A stretch of DNA of 32,000 nucleotides from Candidatus Baldrarchaeota archaeon (GCA_019056805.1 DXJG01000006.1:1-32000); one strand, 5' to 3'; shown: positions 1 to 8,835, numbered from the stretch's first letter. Program-made: numbers and translations. The notes: generated by a model from the letters alone, not told the origin.

Positions 1-191
1 ACTAAAATTCTAGAAAGAGACATTTCACGTTAATGCATATACCTTTCAAGTGTTTTTAAACGCTAACTTGTAAGTTCTAAGTTGTTGCTATATTCTTAGA
101 AAAAGCGAAATAGCTAAAATAATAGGTGTAAAAATTTTAGTAAATATTCAAAATACTTGAAGAAGACATATTCTGTGTTGTATTCTTATAT

Positions 192-206
192 AAAAATATT
201 TATAAG
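192..206 (+). promoter_or_regulatory. BRE-TATA-like promoter of the toxin-antitoxin operon
   Basis: AAAAATA-TTTATAAG lies about 50 nt upstream of the TTG start at 254. A GGTGA RBS is at 244-248. Confidence 0.5.
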
Positions 207-242
207 TATACAAAGGGGAGAAATTATACTTAGTATACTTAG
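204..242. repeat. Operator-like repeats: AAGTATAC (204-211) / GTATACTT (233-240) inverted pair plus tandem TATACTTAG x2 (225-242)
   Basis: Read directly from the sequence. The repeats lie between the TATA box and the RBS of the antitoxin gene. Confidence 0.55.
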
Positions 243-253
243 TGGTGATTTAG

Positions 254-514
254 TTGTCAACTATTAAGGTTAAGAAGGAAACTTTATTGAAGTTAACGAA
301 GTTGGTTGGATATTTAACTGAGAAAACTGGAAAGAGAATGACTTATGATGATGTTATACGTTATTTAATCAGTAATTTTGACAAAAAAGAAATATTAAAA
401 GAGAAAAAAATCGACGAGTTTACTCAAAAATTATTATCATATGTTGAAAAATCGTTTTTGGGTGCTGGACCAGAAGACTTTGAAGAATATGAGTATGAAG
501 ATTTAGGGGATTAA
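254..514 (+). CDS. Ribbon-helix-helix type antitoxin (VapB-like)
   Basis: 86 aa with an N-terminal beta strand (STIKVKKET), a helix-turn-helix ending in TYDDVIRYLI, and an acidic C-terminal tail (EDFEEYEYEDLGD). It ends 1 nt before the PIN gene. Confidence 0.75.
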   Translation: MSTIKVKKETLLKLTKLVGYLTEKTGKRMTYDDVIRYLISNFDKKEILKEKKIDEFTQKLLSYVEKSFLGAGPEDFEEYEYEDLGD

Positions 515-515
515 A

Positions 516-995
516 ATGAATGTTTTTGTCGATACAGAAATATGGAGTTTTGCTCAGAAAGTACCTGCAAAAGAAAAGTTTATGGATAAACTAAAGTATG
601 AGAAGTTTTTAAAGGCACATATTGAAGCAAAAAGTTTTTTGAAAAAAGTTTTAAGCGAAGAAATAATTTACATGTCACTTCATCAAGTTGCAGAAATTTT
701 TCACGTTTTAGGATTCAGAGGTTTTAAACTACCCATAGACTTTGTTACAGAATATGTAAATGCCTTAATACTTTCTGAGCGTGTGATAAAAATACCAGTC
801 ACAATTAATCACTTTCAAGAGGCTTTAAAATTAAGTAAAGAAAGCGGAATACACATATGGGATTTCCTTTGTATAATACCAATAAAAGAATACATAGACA
901 GAATATATACTGTTGACAAACATTTCCTCCACAAAACTTTCCAAAAACTAGGAATAAAAATAGAAAACCCACTAAAAATATGGATAAAAGTCTAA
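516..995 (+). CDS. vapC: PIN-domain ribonuclease toxin (VapC family)
   Basis: Acidic PIN tetrad in VFVDTE, QVAEI, HIWDF and YTVDKHF. Translationally coupled to the upstream small gene. Confidence 0.85.
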   Translation: MNVFVDTEIWSFAQKVPAKEKFMDKLKYEKFLKAHIEAKSFLKKVLSEEIIYMSLHQVAEIFHVLGFRGFKLPIDFVTEYVNALILSERVIKIPVTINHFQEALKLSKESGIHIWDFLCIIPIKEYIDRIYTVDKHFLHKTFQKLGIKIENPLKIWIKV

Positions 996-1036
996 CCGAG
1001 AGTAAAATAATGCTTAAATGAAATTTTTAGGGGAAA

Positions 1037-1095
1037 TTGATTTTGATAAAATATGGAATATTATTCTAAGCTGACTTTACTGAAAGTTGTCAAAT
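1037..1095 (+). repeat. Degenerate copy of the 5' end of the AEP gene (matches about 1969-2030)
   Basis: TTG-ATTTTGAT...GAATATTATTCTAAGC here versus TTGGATTTTGAT...GAATATTATTCTAAGC at the gene start. The 16-mer is exact (1056-1071 = 1990-2005). Confidence 0.75.
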
Positions 1096-1109
1096 AAATA
1101 GCTATAGAT

Positions 1110-1904
1110 GTGATATATTTGGGGAATATGCATGTTTCCTCACTTAACTATGATATTTGGAAAGCTGTAACTCATCTTTACTTAAATGATCCATTAAATC
1201 ATGTTTACCTCATGTATGACCTTATCTACGAGTTAAATAAGGTTGATATCTACTTTCAATTAGCTGGTAAGAAAATTATCGGCTACCTGCTTATTTGGAA
1301 GGGATTTGACACTCCTGGTGTTCATATATGGGGTAGTACCCGTGAAAATTAGTTTTACCTATCGAACGATCAATGGATATCCAAGTATACAGTGAAGATT
1401 TATTGAATCTCTTAGTTAAATATCTTAAATCCAAGGGAAATAATGTAACTGTAAAAACGTATCTTAATATGGTTGTAGATGAGGGTAGCTTTAAACCATA
1501 CAGCCCTGAGAAGGTCATTAGACTTAGTGAGAAAGACTTAAACTTTTTCATGGAGATTAAGAAGGTTCAAGGCCGTATGATGACTAAAGATTCAGCTAGA
1601 GATTTAATAAGAAAATGGAGGTACTATGGTCTTTATGTTGATAATGGGTTAGTAGCTATAGCATGGTCCTACTCTAAAAATGAATGAAGTGTGGATAATA
1701 GGTGATGTATTTACTCACCCAGATTATAGAGGTAGAGGTTATGCGAAGATAGTTACATCAGCAGTAACGAAAGACGCAGTAACTGCGGGAGCAAAAACAT
1801 TTTTACACGTAAAAGAAGATAGCATCTCTGCAATTAAAGTCTATAAAGCATTAGGCTACAAAGTTTTAGGCAAAAGACAATGGATATTCTACAATAAAAC
1901 ATAG
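1110..1904 (+). pseudogene. GNAT acetyltransferase (FR47-like C-terminal domain) broken by two frameshifts, or by sequence errors
   Basis: ORFs 1110-1352, 1373-1687 and 1680-1904 join into about 264 aa if one A is added in the A4 run at 1345-1348 and one base is removed near 1673-1675. The last piece has VFTHPDYRGRGYAK (motif A) and SAIKVYKALGY. Confidence 0.8.
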
Positions 1905-1968
1905 GAACAAATAAAATAGTTGAAATTAATATTAACATTATTAGGAACAGTATATTGAGGGTAAAACC

Positions 1969-3363
1969 TTGGATTTTGATGAAATTGTAGAATATTATTC
2001 TAAGCCGATTGTGAGAAAGGAAATTGTAGAGTATTCACGAGGCAGATGGATTGCTATACATACGTTAAGAGGGGGATTAACAGGACTTTTTGTCCGATAT
2101 TGGAGTAAAACTGGGCCACCGCTACATATTTCTAAAGAAGAAGATCTGGATGGGTTGATGAAGAGGTTTCGGGGTTTAAGACCTAGAACCTTTTATGCAT
2201 CCATAAACGTATATTCTAGGATTTTAAGGAGAGAAGATGTAGAGAATCCTGACAATATTCTATATACTACTCCTATATGGGATATTGATGGATCTTTAGA
2301 ATACTGGGACAAAGTTATCGACGTAGCGAGAGTAATAGTTGATGAACTTGAAAAAGAAGGAGTTTCAAAATCAATATATCTTAAATGGTCTGGAAGAGGA
2401 ATACATATCCATTTACATGAAAAAGCCATTTCAAGCGACGTTTTGTCGAAACATCACCCTCTAGATATAGCTTACTCAATCGTCGACTACATAATTAAAA
2501 AGTGTACAGATAAAATCGTTGAAATCATAAAAAATGTTACAGGTGGAGAAAGACCGTTAAAAGTCGAAAATGAAATGGACCTTAAAAGAGTATTTACAGT
2601 TCCTCTTTCACTCCATAAATCTCTGGACTATGCGGTTATATGCTTTAAACCTAATGAACTAGATGAATTTACTACCGAATGGGCTAAGCCCGACGTATTA
2701 AAACACAATACTGATTGGAGAAGTTATAGTGAAGGAGAAGCTGACGCACTTGCTTTGAAAGCTATGAAGGAAATTGGAGGATACTTTAAGAGGGTTGGCG
2801 AAATTAGAACCGTTGTGCAAACCGTAGAACCTACAATTACTAGGAAGGTTAGTAGAAAACCTACTATGAAAGTAGGTAGATTTCAAGTTATGGCCCTTCT
2901 TCAAGCAGCAAGATACTATCTTTTAACCGGAGATCTTGAAAAAGCGAAATCTTTTGGCCTTAATAGAGCTATATTTTATGCTTGGGCTAAATATCATGGT
3001 AGAGATAGAATATTTAAGAGAAAACTAACGGGTAGAGAAAAAGAGGTTGAATATACCGTTGAACGAGGGAGAAGACTGGTTTATGTTGGCGATGAGGGAG
3101 CCTTTATGTCTGAACGTGGATGGTTCATAATTGGTGATAAAGAACAATTACCTAGTGATTATGATAAAGAAATTGCTAGAAAAATAGACTCTATTGTTCC
3201 ATACGATTTAGCTTGGAAAAGTGCCGTGGAATATTTAAAGAAATTCCCCAAAAACGTTTTACTAAATCAGCAAAAATTTTTCAATGAGGCGTATAAGAGA
3301 GTGAGAGATATCTTCATAGATAAAATTGTTAAAGTCAAAGGATTTGATAGGCCTTTATCATAA
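1969..3363 (+). CDS. Uncharacterised AEP (archaeo-eukaryotic primase/polymerase) superfamily protein fused to a C-terminal domain of unknown function
   Basis: AEP motif I WDID (D105, D107), motif II WSGRGIH (H146) and motif III MDLKRVFTVPLSLH (D204). A Pro/Thr/Lys linker leads to a second domain of about 165 aa starting MKVGRFQVMALLQAAR. Confidence 0.8.
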   Translation: MDFDEIVEYYSKPIVRKEIVEYSRGRWIAIHTLRGGLTGLFVRYWSKTGPPLHISKEEDLDGLMKRFRGLRPRTFYASINVYSRILRREDVENPDNILYTTPIWDIDGSLEYWDKVIDVARVIVDELEKEGVSKSIYLKWSGRGIHIHLHEKAISSDVLSKHHPLDIAYSIVDYIIKKCTDKIVEIIKNVTGGERPLKVENEMDLKRVFTVPLSLHKSLDYAVICFKPNELDEFTTEWAKPDVLKHNTDWRSYSEGEADALALKAMKEIGGYFKRVGEIRTVVQTVEPTITRKVSRKPTMKVGRFQVMALLQAARYYLLTGDLEKAKSFGLNRAIFYAWAKYHGRDRIFKRKLTGREKEVEYTVERGRRLVYVGDEGAFMSERGWFIIGDKEQLPSDYDKEIARKIDSIVPYDLAWKSAVEYLKKFPKNVLLNQQKFFNEAYKRVRDIFIDKIVKVKGFDRPLS

Positions 3364-3372
3364 TTTTTAATT

Positions 3373-4644
3373 TTATTTCTCTGCTTTAGGCAGTGGCGGT
3401 ATCAAAGGAACTTTTGCTGGTGCTATTCTTCTCGTCTCCTTTAACAGCAAGAAGGAAAGAGCAGTTATTGCTCTCAAAATTACACTTATCGTTAACACCG
3501 TGTTTAAAGCTTGTATTTCGCTTTGAAACGTTTGGAAAAACATACCTAGATAGCCACTAAACATTGGACCTATGGAAAAGGCTAAACCAGTTATCGTGTT
3601 ATATGTAGCGAAGTAAGTTCCTCGTTCATGTTCCCCTGAAACATCCAATATATAAGCTGAGATGGCAACCATAGATAATCCGTTAGATATACCACCTATA
3701 ATATTCGCAAGATAAACATAATACATATTTTGAGATAAAATAAATAGAAACGGGTACAAAGGTAACATTATTCGCGATACCACTATTATCGGCTTTCTTC
3801 CAAACCTATCTGCAAGCTTACCCAAGTAAAATTGACTTAAAGAAGCAGTAACCCCAAATATTATCGATGCAATAGCTATTTCAAATTTAGAAGCTTGCAA
3901 TTTCCTTATCATTACAACCGAGAAATAAGGCCAAGACATACTCATAGCTACTCCAAAAATCACCTCTAAAGAACAAAGTCTTCGAAAATACTTATTCTTA
4001 AGAGTTTCCTTAATTGCTCTTTTTAACCCTTGATAGACGGGTGTACCTCCATCCTCAACCGGCTCCCTAAACTTCAAAATGAGTAGAGATCCTAATACGC
4101 CGAAAATAGCGGCTGCTGTAAAAGCAAAAGTATATTGAGATTCTAAAGTAGCTCCCATTATCCAAGTCATAACTATTCCCGCTATAGCTGTTGCAGACAC
4201 TCTCGCTGCAAAAGCTATTCCATTTATTTTACCAAGAGCTTTTCCTCGGACTTTTTCAGGTATTATTTTGCCTAGTAAAGCGTTCCATGCTGGTACTGCA
4301 GCAGACAATATAACAAAGTGAATAGCCAGGAACAATGCAAAAAGCATTGGGGTTTTAGCAAAGAGAAATAAGAGTATTAAAGTACTACCTACAAGATATC
4401 CGAAAAACATGAAGGGTTTCCGTTTTCCTATTTTATCTGATAGTCCTCCCCAAATTGGTTGTAATATTGTTGGCGCAGCGGTGCTAACAGCTGTTATTAT
4501 ACCCATTTCACCGTAAGTTGCCTCTCTTTCCACCGCATATATGTTAAGGTATGGTTGGTATAACCCTCCACTGAATGAGAGGAAACATGCTGTAGCATAT
4601 ATTACTGGTGGAATACCACTGTTCTTACTGTCTTCATTGGCCAT
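3373..4644 (-). CDS. MFS transporter
   Basis: About 12 TM segments with motif A twice (GGLSDKIGKRK and GKLADRFGRK). Start placed at ATG 4644 (MANED) with upstream GGGGGA rather than at 4716. Confidence 0.9.
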   Translation of the reverse strand: MANEDSKNSGIPPVIYATACFLSFSGGLYQPYLNIYAVEREATYGEMGIITAVSTAAPTILQPIWGGLSDKIGKRKPFMFFGYLVGSTLILLFLFAKTPMLFALFLAIHFVILSAAVPAWNALLGKIIPEKVRGKALGKINGIAFAARVSATAIAGIVMTWIMGATLESQYTFAFTAAAIFGVLGSLLILKFREPVEDGGTPVYQGLKRAIKETLKNKYFRRLCSLEVIFGVAMSMSWPYFSVVMIRKLQASKFEIAIASIIFGVTASLSQFYLGKLADRFGRKPIIVVSRIMLPLYPFLFILSQNMYYVYLANIIGGISNGLSMVAISAYILDVSGEHERGTYFATYNTITGLAFSIGPMFSGYLGMFFQTFQSEIQALNTVLTISVILRAITALSFLLLKETRRIAPAKVPLIPPLPKAEK

Positions 4645-4881
4645 CGCTCTTAATCCCCCGCAGTACACATGCAACAAACCAATAAGATTTAAACCTATCG
4701 ATACCGGCTTTAACAATGTATTAATTAGTAGTCGGGCGAGTTAAACAAATAAGAAAAGCTCCACACACTACATTTGTTAAAGAGAAGACAATAAAGTTAT
4801 TTACATAATTTAAATATTAAATTCATAACCAAGAGGACTAGTATGTGGCATCAAAATTAAAACATCAATTGAGATGGTCGT

Positions 4882-5376
4882 ATGTTCAAAAACAAAATTC
4901 CTTTAATTGTTTTATCTCTTTTAGCATTTCCTCTAGCCTCGATATTTGGATATTTCACTTACCACTATTTTCACCTAGCCGCATTAAGCATACATGAGGC
5001 TATACCTGATGAAGCTGTCCTTTTTCTCCCAGTTTTCGCCACTTTGTGGCTTATTCCAACATCTATTGTTGTTCATTTTTCAGCTAAACATTTACATGGA
5101 AAAGGAAGCTACTTGCAAGACCTTGCTGCACTTGGCTTAGCTTTAGCTTTTGTGGACTTACTTATGTGGTTTGGCTGGCTTGGAGGACCATTAACCTTCT
5201 GGTTAGCGCTTGTAATATGTTTTTTCCCATATGTGCTACTACATGGCTGGTTGTTGAAAAATATTCATGAACTAGATTTATATCGTGCTATGTTTGTAGG
5301 CATAGCTGTTTTCTTAACTACACTCTTTGGTTTTATGGTAGCAGTAGAATTGTTAGGATACTTGTACTGGTTATAG
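4882..5376 (+). CDS. Membrane protein, Yip1-like
   Basis: Five hydrophobic segments; HFSAKHLHGKGSY...LAALGLA resembles the Yip1-family loop motif. Confidence 0.6.
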   Translation: MFKNKIPLIVLSLLAFPLASIFGYFTYHYFHLAALSIHEAIPDEAVLFLPVFATLWLIPTSIVVHFSAKHLHGKGSYLQDLAALGLALAFVDLLMWFGWLGGPLTFWLALVICFFPYVLLHGWLLKNIHELDLYRAMFVGIAVFLTTLFGFMVAVELLGYLYWL

Positions 5377-5579
5377 GCAACAAGGCATGTACTTTCACGC
5401 TTTTATATTTAAAATTTTAAGGTAATGGATACTCCTCGTATTACTTAAGCTAAGTTATTAAGTTTTGTGAACAGCTTCATCAACATTTAAAATATAAGCT
5501 TAAAGAGAAATAAATGGATGTTATCTTCTACTAAATGTTTAAAGTTATTTCGTTTTACATTTTATGTTGGTGGTTTGCT

Positions 5580-5858
5580 ATGGCCTTGGTGCTAAATAAC
5601 TCTGATAATGTTGCTGTTGCTTTAAGGGATTTGAAGCCAGGAGACGTTATTAACGTATTCTTAGGGGACATGGTTAAAGTTGTTAAAATCAGAGATAAAA
5701 TTCCTAAAGGACATAAATTTGCAATTAAAAATATCAAGAAGGGTGAAAAGGTTTTAAAATACGGTGAGATTATTGGCATCGCTTCTAAAGACATTTTAGA
5801 GGGAGAACATGTACATGTTCACAATGTTATAAGTTATTATAAGGTCTCTATGGGATAA
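5580..5858 (+). CDS. uxaA: UxaA-family dehydratase small (SAF) subunit, SuyA-like
   Basis: DNVAVALRDL, IPKGHKFA, KYGEIIG and GEHVHVHNV motifs. ATG 5580 follows a GGTGG RBS. Confidence 0.88.
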   Translation: MALVLNNSDNVAVALRDLKPGDVINVFLGDMVKVVKIRDKIPKGHKFAIKNIKKGEKVLKYGEIIGIASKDILEGEHVHVHNVISYYKVSMG

Positions 5859-5862
5859 GAAC

Positions 5863-6839
5863 ATGAAGTTAACTAATATGGAAAACAAGTGCAAGAGGGA
5901 ACATCATAGTTCCGAATTGAATGATCAGTTATCAATAGTTTCTGAACTATCTCTTGAGGATGTAAATCTTGTTAAGAAGATGTTTATTGAACATAAAGAT
6001 GAGGAATTTGTTTATCTTCAAAACATTTACTTATATGACGTATTTTATCACGCTAAATCTTCTAGCCCCCTCATAATAAAAATTGGAAACAACATCGTTG
6101 GAAGCTTATATGCTGCCAAATTTTTTTCAACTCAGGTTACATAGGTGGAGTACTTATACATCGAAAATATAGAAGAAAAGGCATCGGAACACTACTTCTT
6201 AAAAAAGCTTTAGAATGGCTAAAAACACCTCATACATTCCTTTTCGTCGAACCTGAAAACATCGCTGCACAAAAATTGTTTAGGAAATGCGGATTCAAAA
6301 TTCTCTATAGAAGAGTTATATGTCAAGGAGTATACAAACCAAGCAAAGCTCATGAAGATATTAAAACCTATGTCGATTTAAATGAACTTAGTGAAACTAA
6401 ATGCTTTAATAAAAGACAAGGTGTCATACACCTAGGATATTACCCTGTTAAACTGAGCGAAAAAGCATTAAAAACTTTAGAAAGCCAAGGTAAAGTCCTA
6501 AACTACAAATCTACCACCCTAATTTATGAACTTTCTAAAATAGTTAAAATGGGAGAATACGAATTCACCTTTAACAATTATATATTAGAGGAAATTAAAG
6601 ATAAAATACCTCTTACCATAATGGGAAATGTTATTGAGATAAACCCCTTCCATAAAAAACTAGTCAAGAAAGATTTCTCCAAGTTATTAGAACACTTAAG
6701 ACATTTGTACGGCAATATCCAAATGTATGTGTTGACCTATGAAAATGATCCAATCATAAAAGTACTAAAAGAGCTAGGTTTTAAATGTAGACTAGGGGCT
6801 TACGTAATGTGCGCCAATACCGTTAATGTTACATTATGA
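5863..6839 (+). pseudogene. GNAT acetyltransferase with one frameshift, or a sequence error
   Basis: The frame of ORF 6276-6839 is open back to 6126 and reads FNSGYIGGVLIHRKYRRKGIGTLLLKKALEWLK...ENIAAQKLFRKCGF (GNAT motifs A and B). It joins ORF 5863-6144 at the T7 run 6121-6127, giving about 325 aa. Confidence 0.85.
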
Positions 6840-6880
6840 ATAAGGTAGAGAAAAATTCCAAAAATGTATGTGGTGATCAT

Positions 6881-8050
6881 TTGCCTAGAAATATTGATTT
6901 TGAGGGTTATATTAGACCTGATGGAAGTGTTGGCGTTAGGAACCATGTTCTTGTTATTCCTACTGTTGTTTGTAGTGCTCATGTTGCTGAGAAAATTTCC
7001 TGTAGTGTCAACGGTTCTACTTGTATTGTTCATCAACATGGTTGTGCTCAAGCTGGGGAAGATCTTGAACGAACTTTTAAAATTCTTTCTGGCTTTGGGA
7101 AAAATCCTAATGTTGCAAGCGTTCTTATCGTTGCCTTGGGTTGTGAAGCTATTTCATGTGAAAAGCTTGCCGATGAGATTTCTAAGTCAGGTAAACCTGT
7201 TGAAACTTTAATTATTCAAGAAGAAAAAGGGCTTAAAGAGGTCATTGAAAAGGGAATAAACATTGTTAGAAAACTTGTTGAAGAAGCTTCTCATCTTAAA
7301 AGAGAAAAGGTTGACTTAAGCGGCTTAATTGTTGCTGTTGAGTGTGGTGGTTCTGACTGGACTTCTGGTCTTGCTTCAAATCCAGCTGTTGGGTACGCGA
7401 TGGATCTTATAGTTGATAATGGTGGTCGTATCGTTTTTTCTGAAACAACTGAAATTATTGGTGGAGAACGTATTTTAGCTAAGCGATGTATTAACGATAA
7501 AGTTCGAGAGAAACTGCTAAAAATTGTTTCTAGAGTTATTGAAAGAGCTAGATGCGAAGGTATCGACTTAATTGGCACTAATCCTGCCCCAGGAAACATT
7601 AAAGGAGGTCTCTCTACTATCGAGGAAAAATCTCTCGGAGCTATTCTTAAATCTGGATCAAAAACCATCATAGATGTTTTAGAATATGGTGAAGAAATTC
7701 CTAGTAAGAGTGGATGCTATTTTATGGATACTCCCGGACAAGATGTAGAATCTATTTGCGGCATGGTTGCTGGAGGAGCCCAACTCGTTGTCTTTACCAC
7801 TGGTCTCGGTACACCAACCGGAAACCCTATTGTCCCAGTAATTAAAGTCACTGGTAATCTTGATACCTTTAAGAAAATGCCAGATATTATCGATATTTAT
7901 TTGGAAATTATTGAGGAAAAAGAGACTATCGAAGAAGCTGGTAGAAGAATTTTTGGAAAAATTCTCGAAGTTGCTTCTGGCGTTAAAACTTGTTCAGAAA
8001 TAAATGGAAATAAAGAATTTGCTATTTTTAGAACTGGATACACTTATTAA
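6881..8050 (+). CDS. uxaA: UxaA/GarD-family dehydratase large subunit, SuyB-like
   Basis: GYIRPDGSVGVRNHV, HQHGCAQ, ECGGSD, NPAPGNIKGGL, DTPGQD and FTTGLG motifs. Probable start is TTG 6881 after GGTGA; the ORF extends up to 6836. Confidence 0.9.
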   Translation: MPRNIDFEGYIRPDGSVGVRNHVLVIPTVVCSAHVAEKISCSVNGSTCIVHQHGCAQAGEDLERTFKILSGFGKNPNVASVLIVALGCEAISCEKLADEISKSGKPVETLIIQEEKGLKEVIEKGINIVRKLVEEASHLKREKVDLSGLIVAVECGGSDWTSGLASNPAVGYAMDLIVDNGGRIVFSETTEIIGGERILAKRCINDKVREKLLKIVSRVIERARCEGIDLIGTNPAPGNIKGGLSTIEEKSLGAILKSGSKTIIDVLEYGEEIPSKSGCYFMDTPGQDVESICGMVAGGAQLVVFTTGLGTPTGNPIVPVIKVTGNLDTFKKMPDIIDIYLEIIEEKETIEEAGRRIFGKILEVASGVKTCSEINGNKEFAIFRTGYTY

Positions 8051-8073
8051 CATAACTTAACAGTATTTTTAGT

Positions 8074-8751
8074 TCATAGAAGAGATTTATGTTCAAGCTT
8101 CTGTTTTATTTTTTCTATTATGTTTAGTTCTTGAAGCATATTATGTGTTTTCGTGTTTTTTCCAACCTTGATAAACTCTATGAGATCTTCCGGTTTATCT
8201 ATATCAAGAGCTATCCTTGGATTTTTATAAACTTTAAAATGCACATTATTCGCTAACGCTATCTCTCGATGTTTCTCAAAACTTCCAACTCCGTATCTAG
8301 GTGAAATTATATTTGGCGGCTGTCTAAATAAAAGATTTGTACCATAGCCGTCTTTTGAAGGCGAAATTACCACTATTTCTTCAATGTTTTTTCCCATAGA
8401 TACTGCTTCATCTATATCCTCCGGTTTAATTAATGGAATGTCCATGGGAACTATTGTAACATTTTTTGCACCCATTTTCATACAATAATTGGTAGCTATC
8501 ATTAATGACTCATTTAACCCTTTACCACTGTCATGTAGTGCCCTTATTCCAAAATTTTTAGCTTTTGCAAGAACTTTAACATCATTGGTAACCACGATTG
8601 TGTAATCGAGTTGTTTTGAACGAATTAAAGCATTTACAACATCTTCAAACATCGTTAGGCAGAGTAAATGGCGTTCATGTTCCTCTAATAGAGGCGCTAG
8701 TCTATGTTTTGCTTTATCTAACACTTTTACAGGAACTATTGCAAAAGACAA
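8074..8751 (-). CDS. cofC: 2-phospho-L-lactate/PEP guanylyltransferase
   Basis: IVPVK...AKHRLAPLL, LNESL, PMDIPLI, GTNLL, RYGVGSF..H and LDIDKPEDL motifs. Confidence 0.93.
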   Translation of the reverse strand: MSFAIVPVKVLDKAKHRLAPLLEEHERHLLCLTMFEDVVNALIRSKQLDYTIVVTNDVKVLAKAKNFGIRALHDSGKGLNESLMIATNYCMKMGAKNVTIVPMDIPLIKPEDIDEAVSMGKNIEEIVVISPSKDGYGTNLLFRQPPNIISPRYGVGSFEKHREIALANNVHFKVYKNPRIALDIDKPEDLIEFIKVGKNTKTHNMLQELNIIEKIKQKLEHKSLL

Positions 8752-8835
8752 ATTACCACAACTCCCTTACCATTATTCCACTCAATGTTAGGCACTCTAC
8801 GGCATCTTTGCAAGTTAATTTTTATCTTTAACCTG

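Noticed and set aside
74-160. Short frame reading RKSEIAKIIGV, resembling a helix-turn-helix
   Set aside because: Only about 26 codons between stops, with no start or RBS. This is too little to call even a remnant.
1931-1941. ATTAACATTAT shared between the AEP and BMP upstream regions
   Set aside because: An 11-mer with 10 A/T bases is expected by chance in AT-rich intergenic DNA.
254-1960. Calling the TA-GNAT block a mobile element
   Set aside because: No integrase, transposase, terminal inverted repeats or tRNA att site are visible. Only the AEP 5' duplicate is supported.
6118-6130. Programmed -1 ribosomal frameshifting at the broken sites (also 1344 and 25005)
   Set aside because: None has an in-frame canonical X XXY YYZ heptamer or an evident downstream stimulator, so indels explain them more simply.
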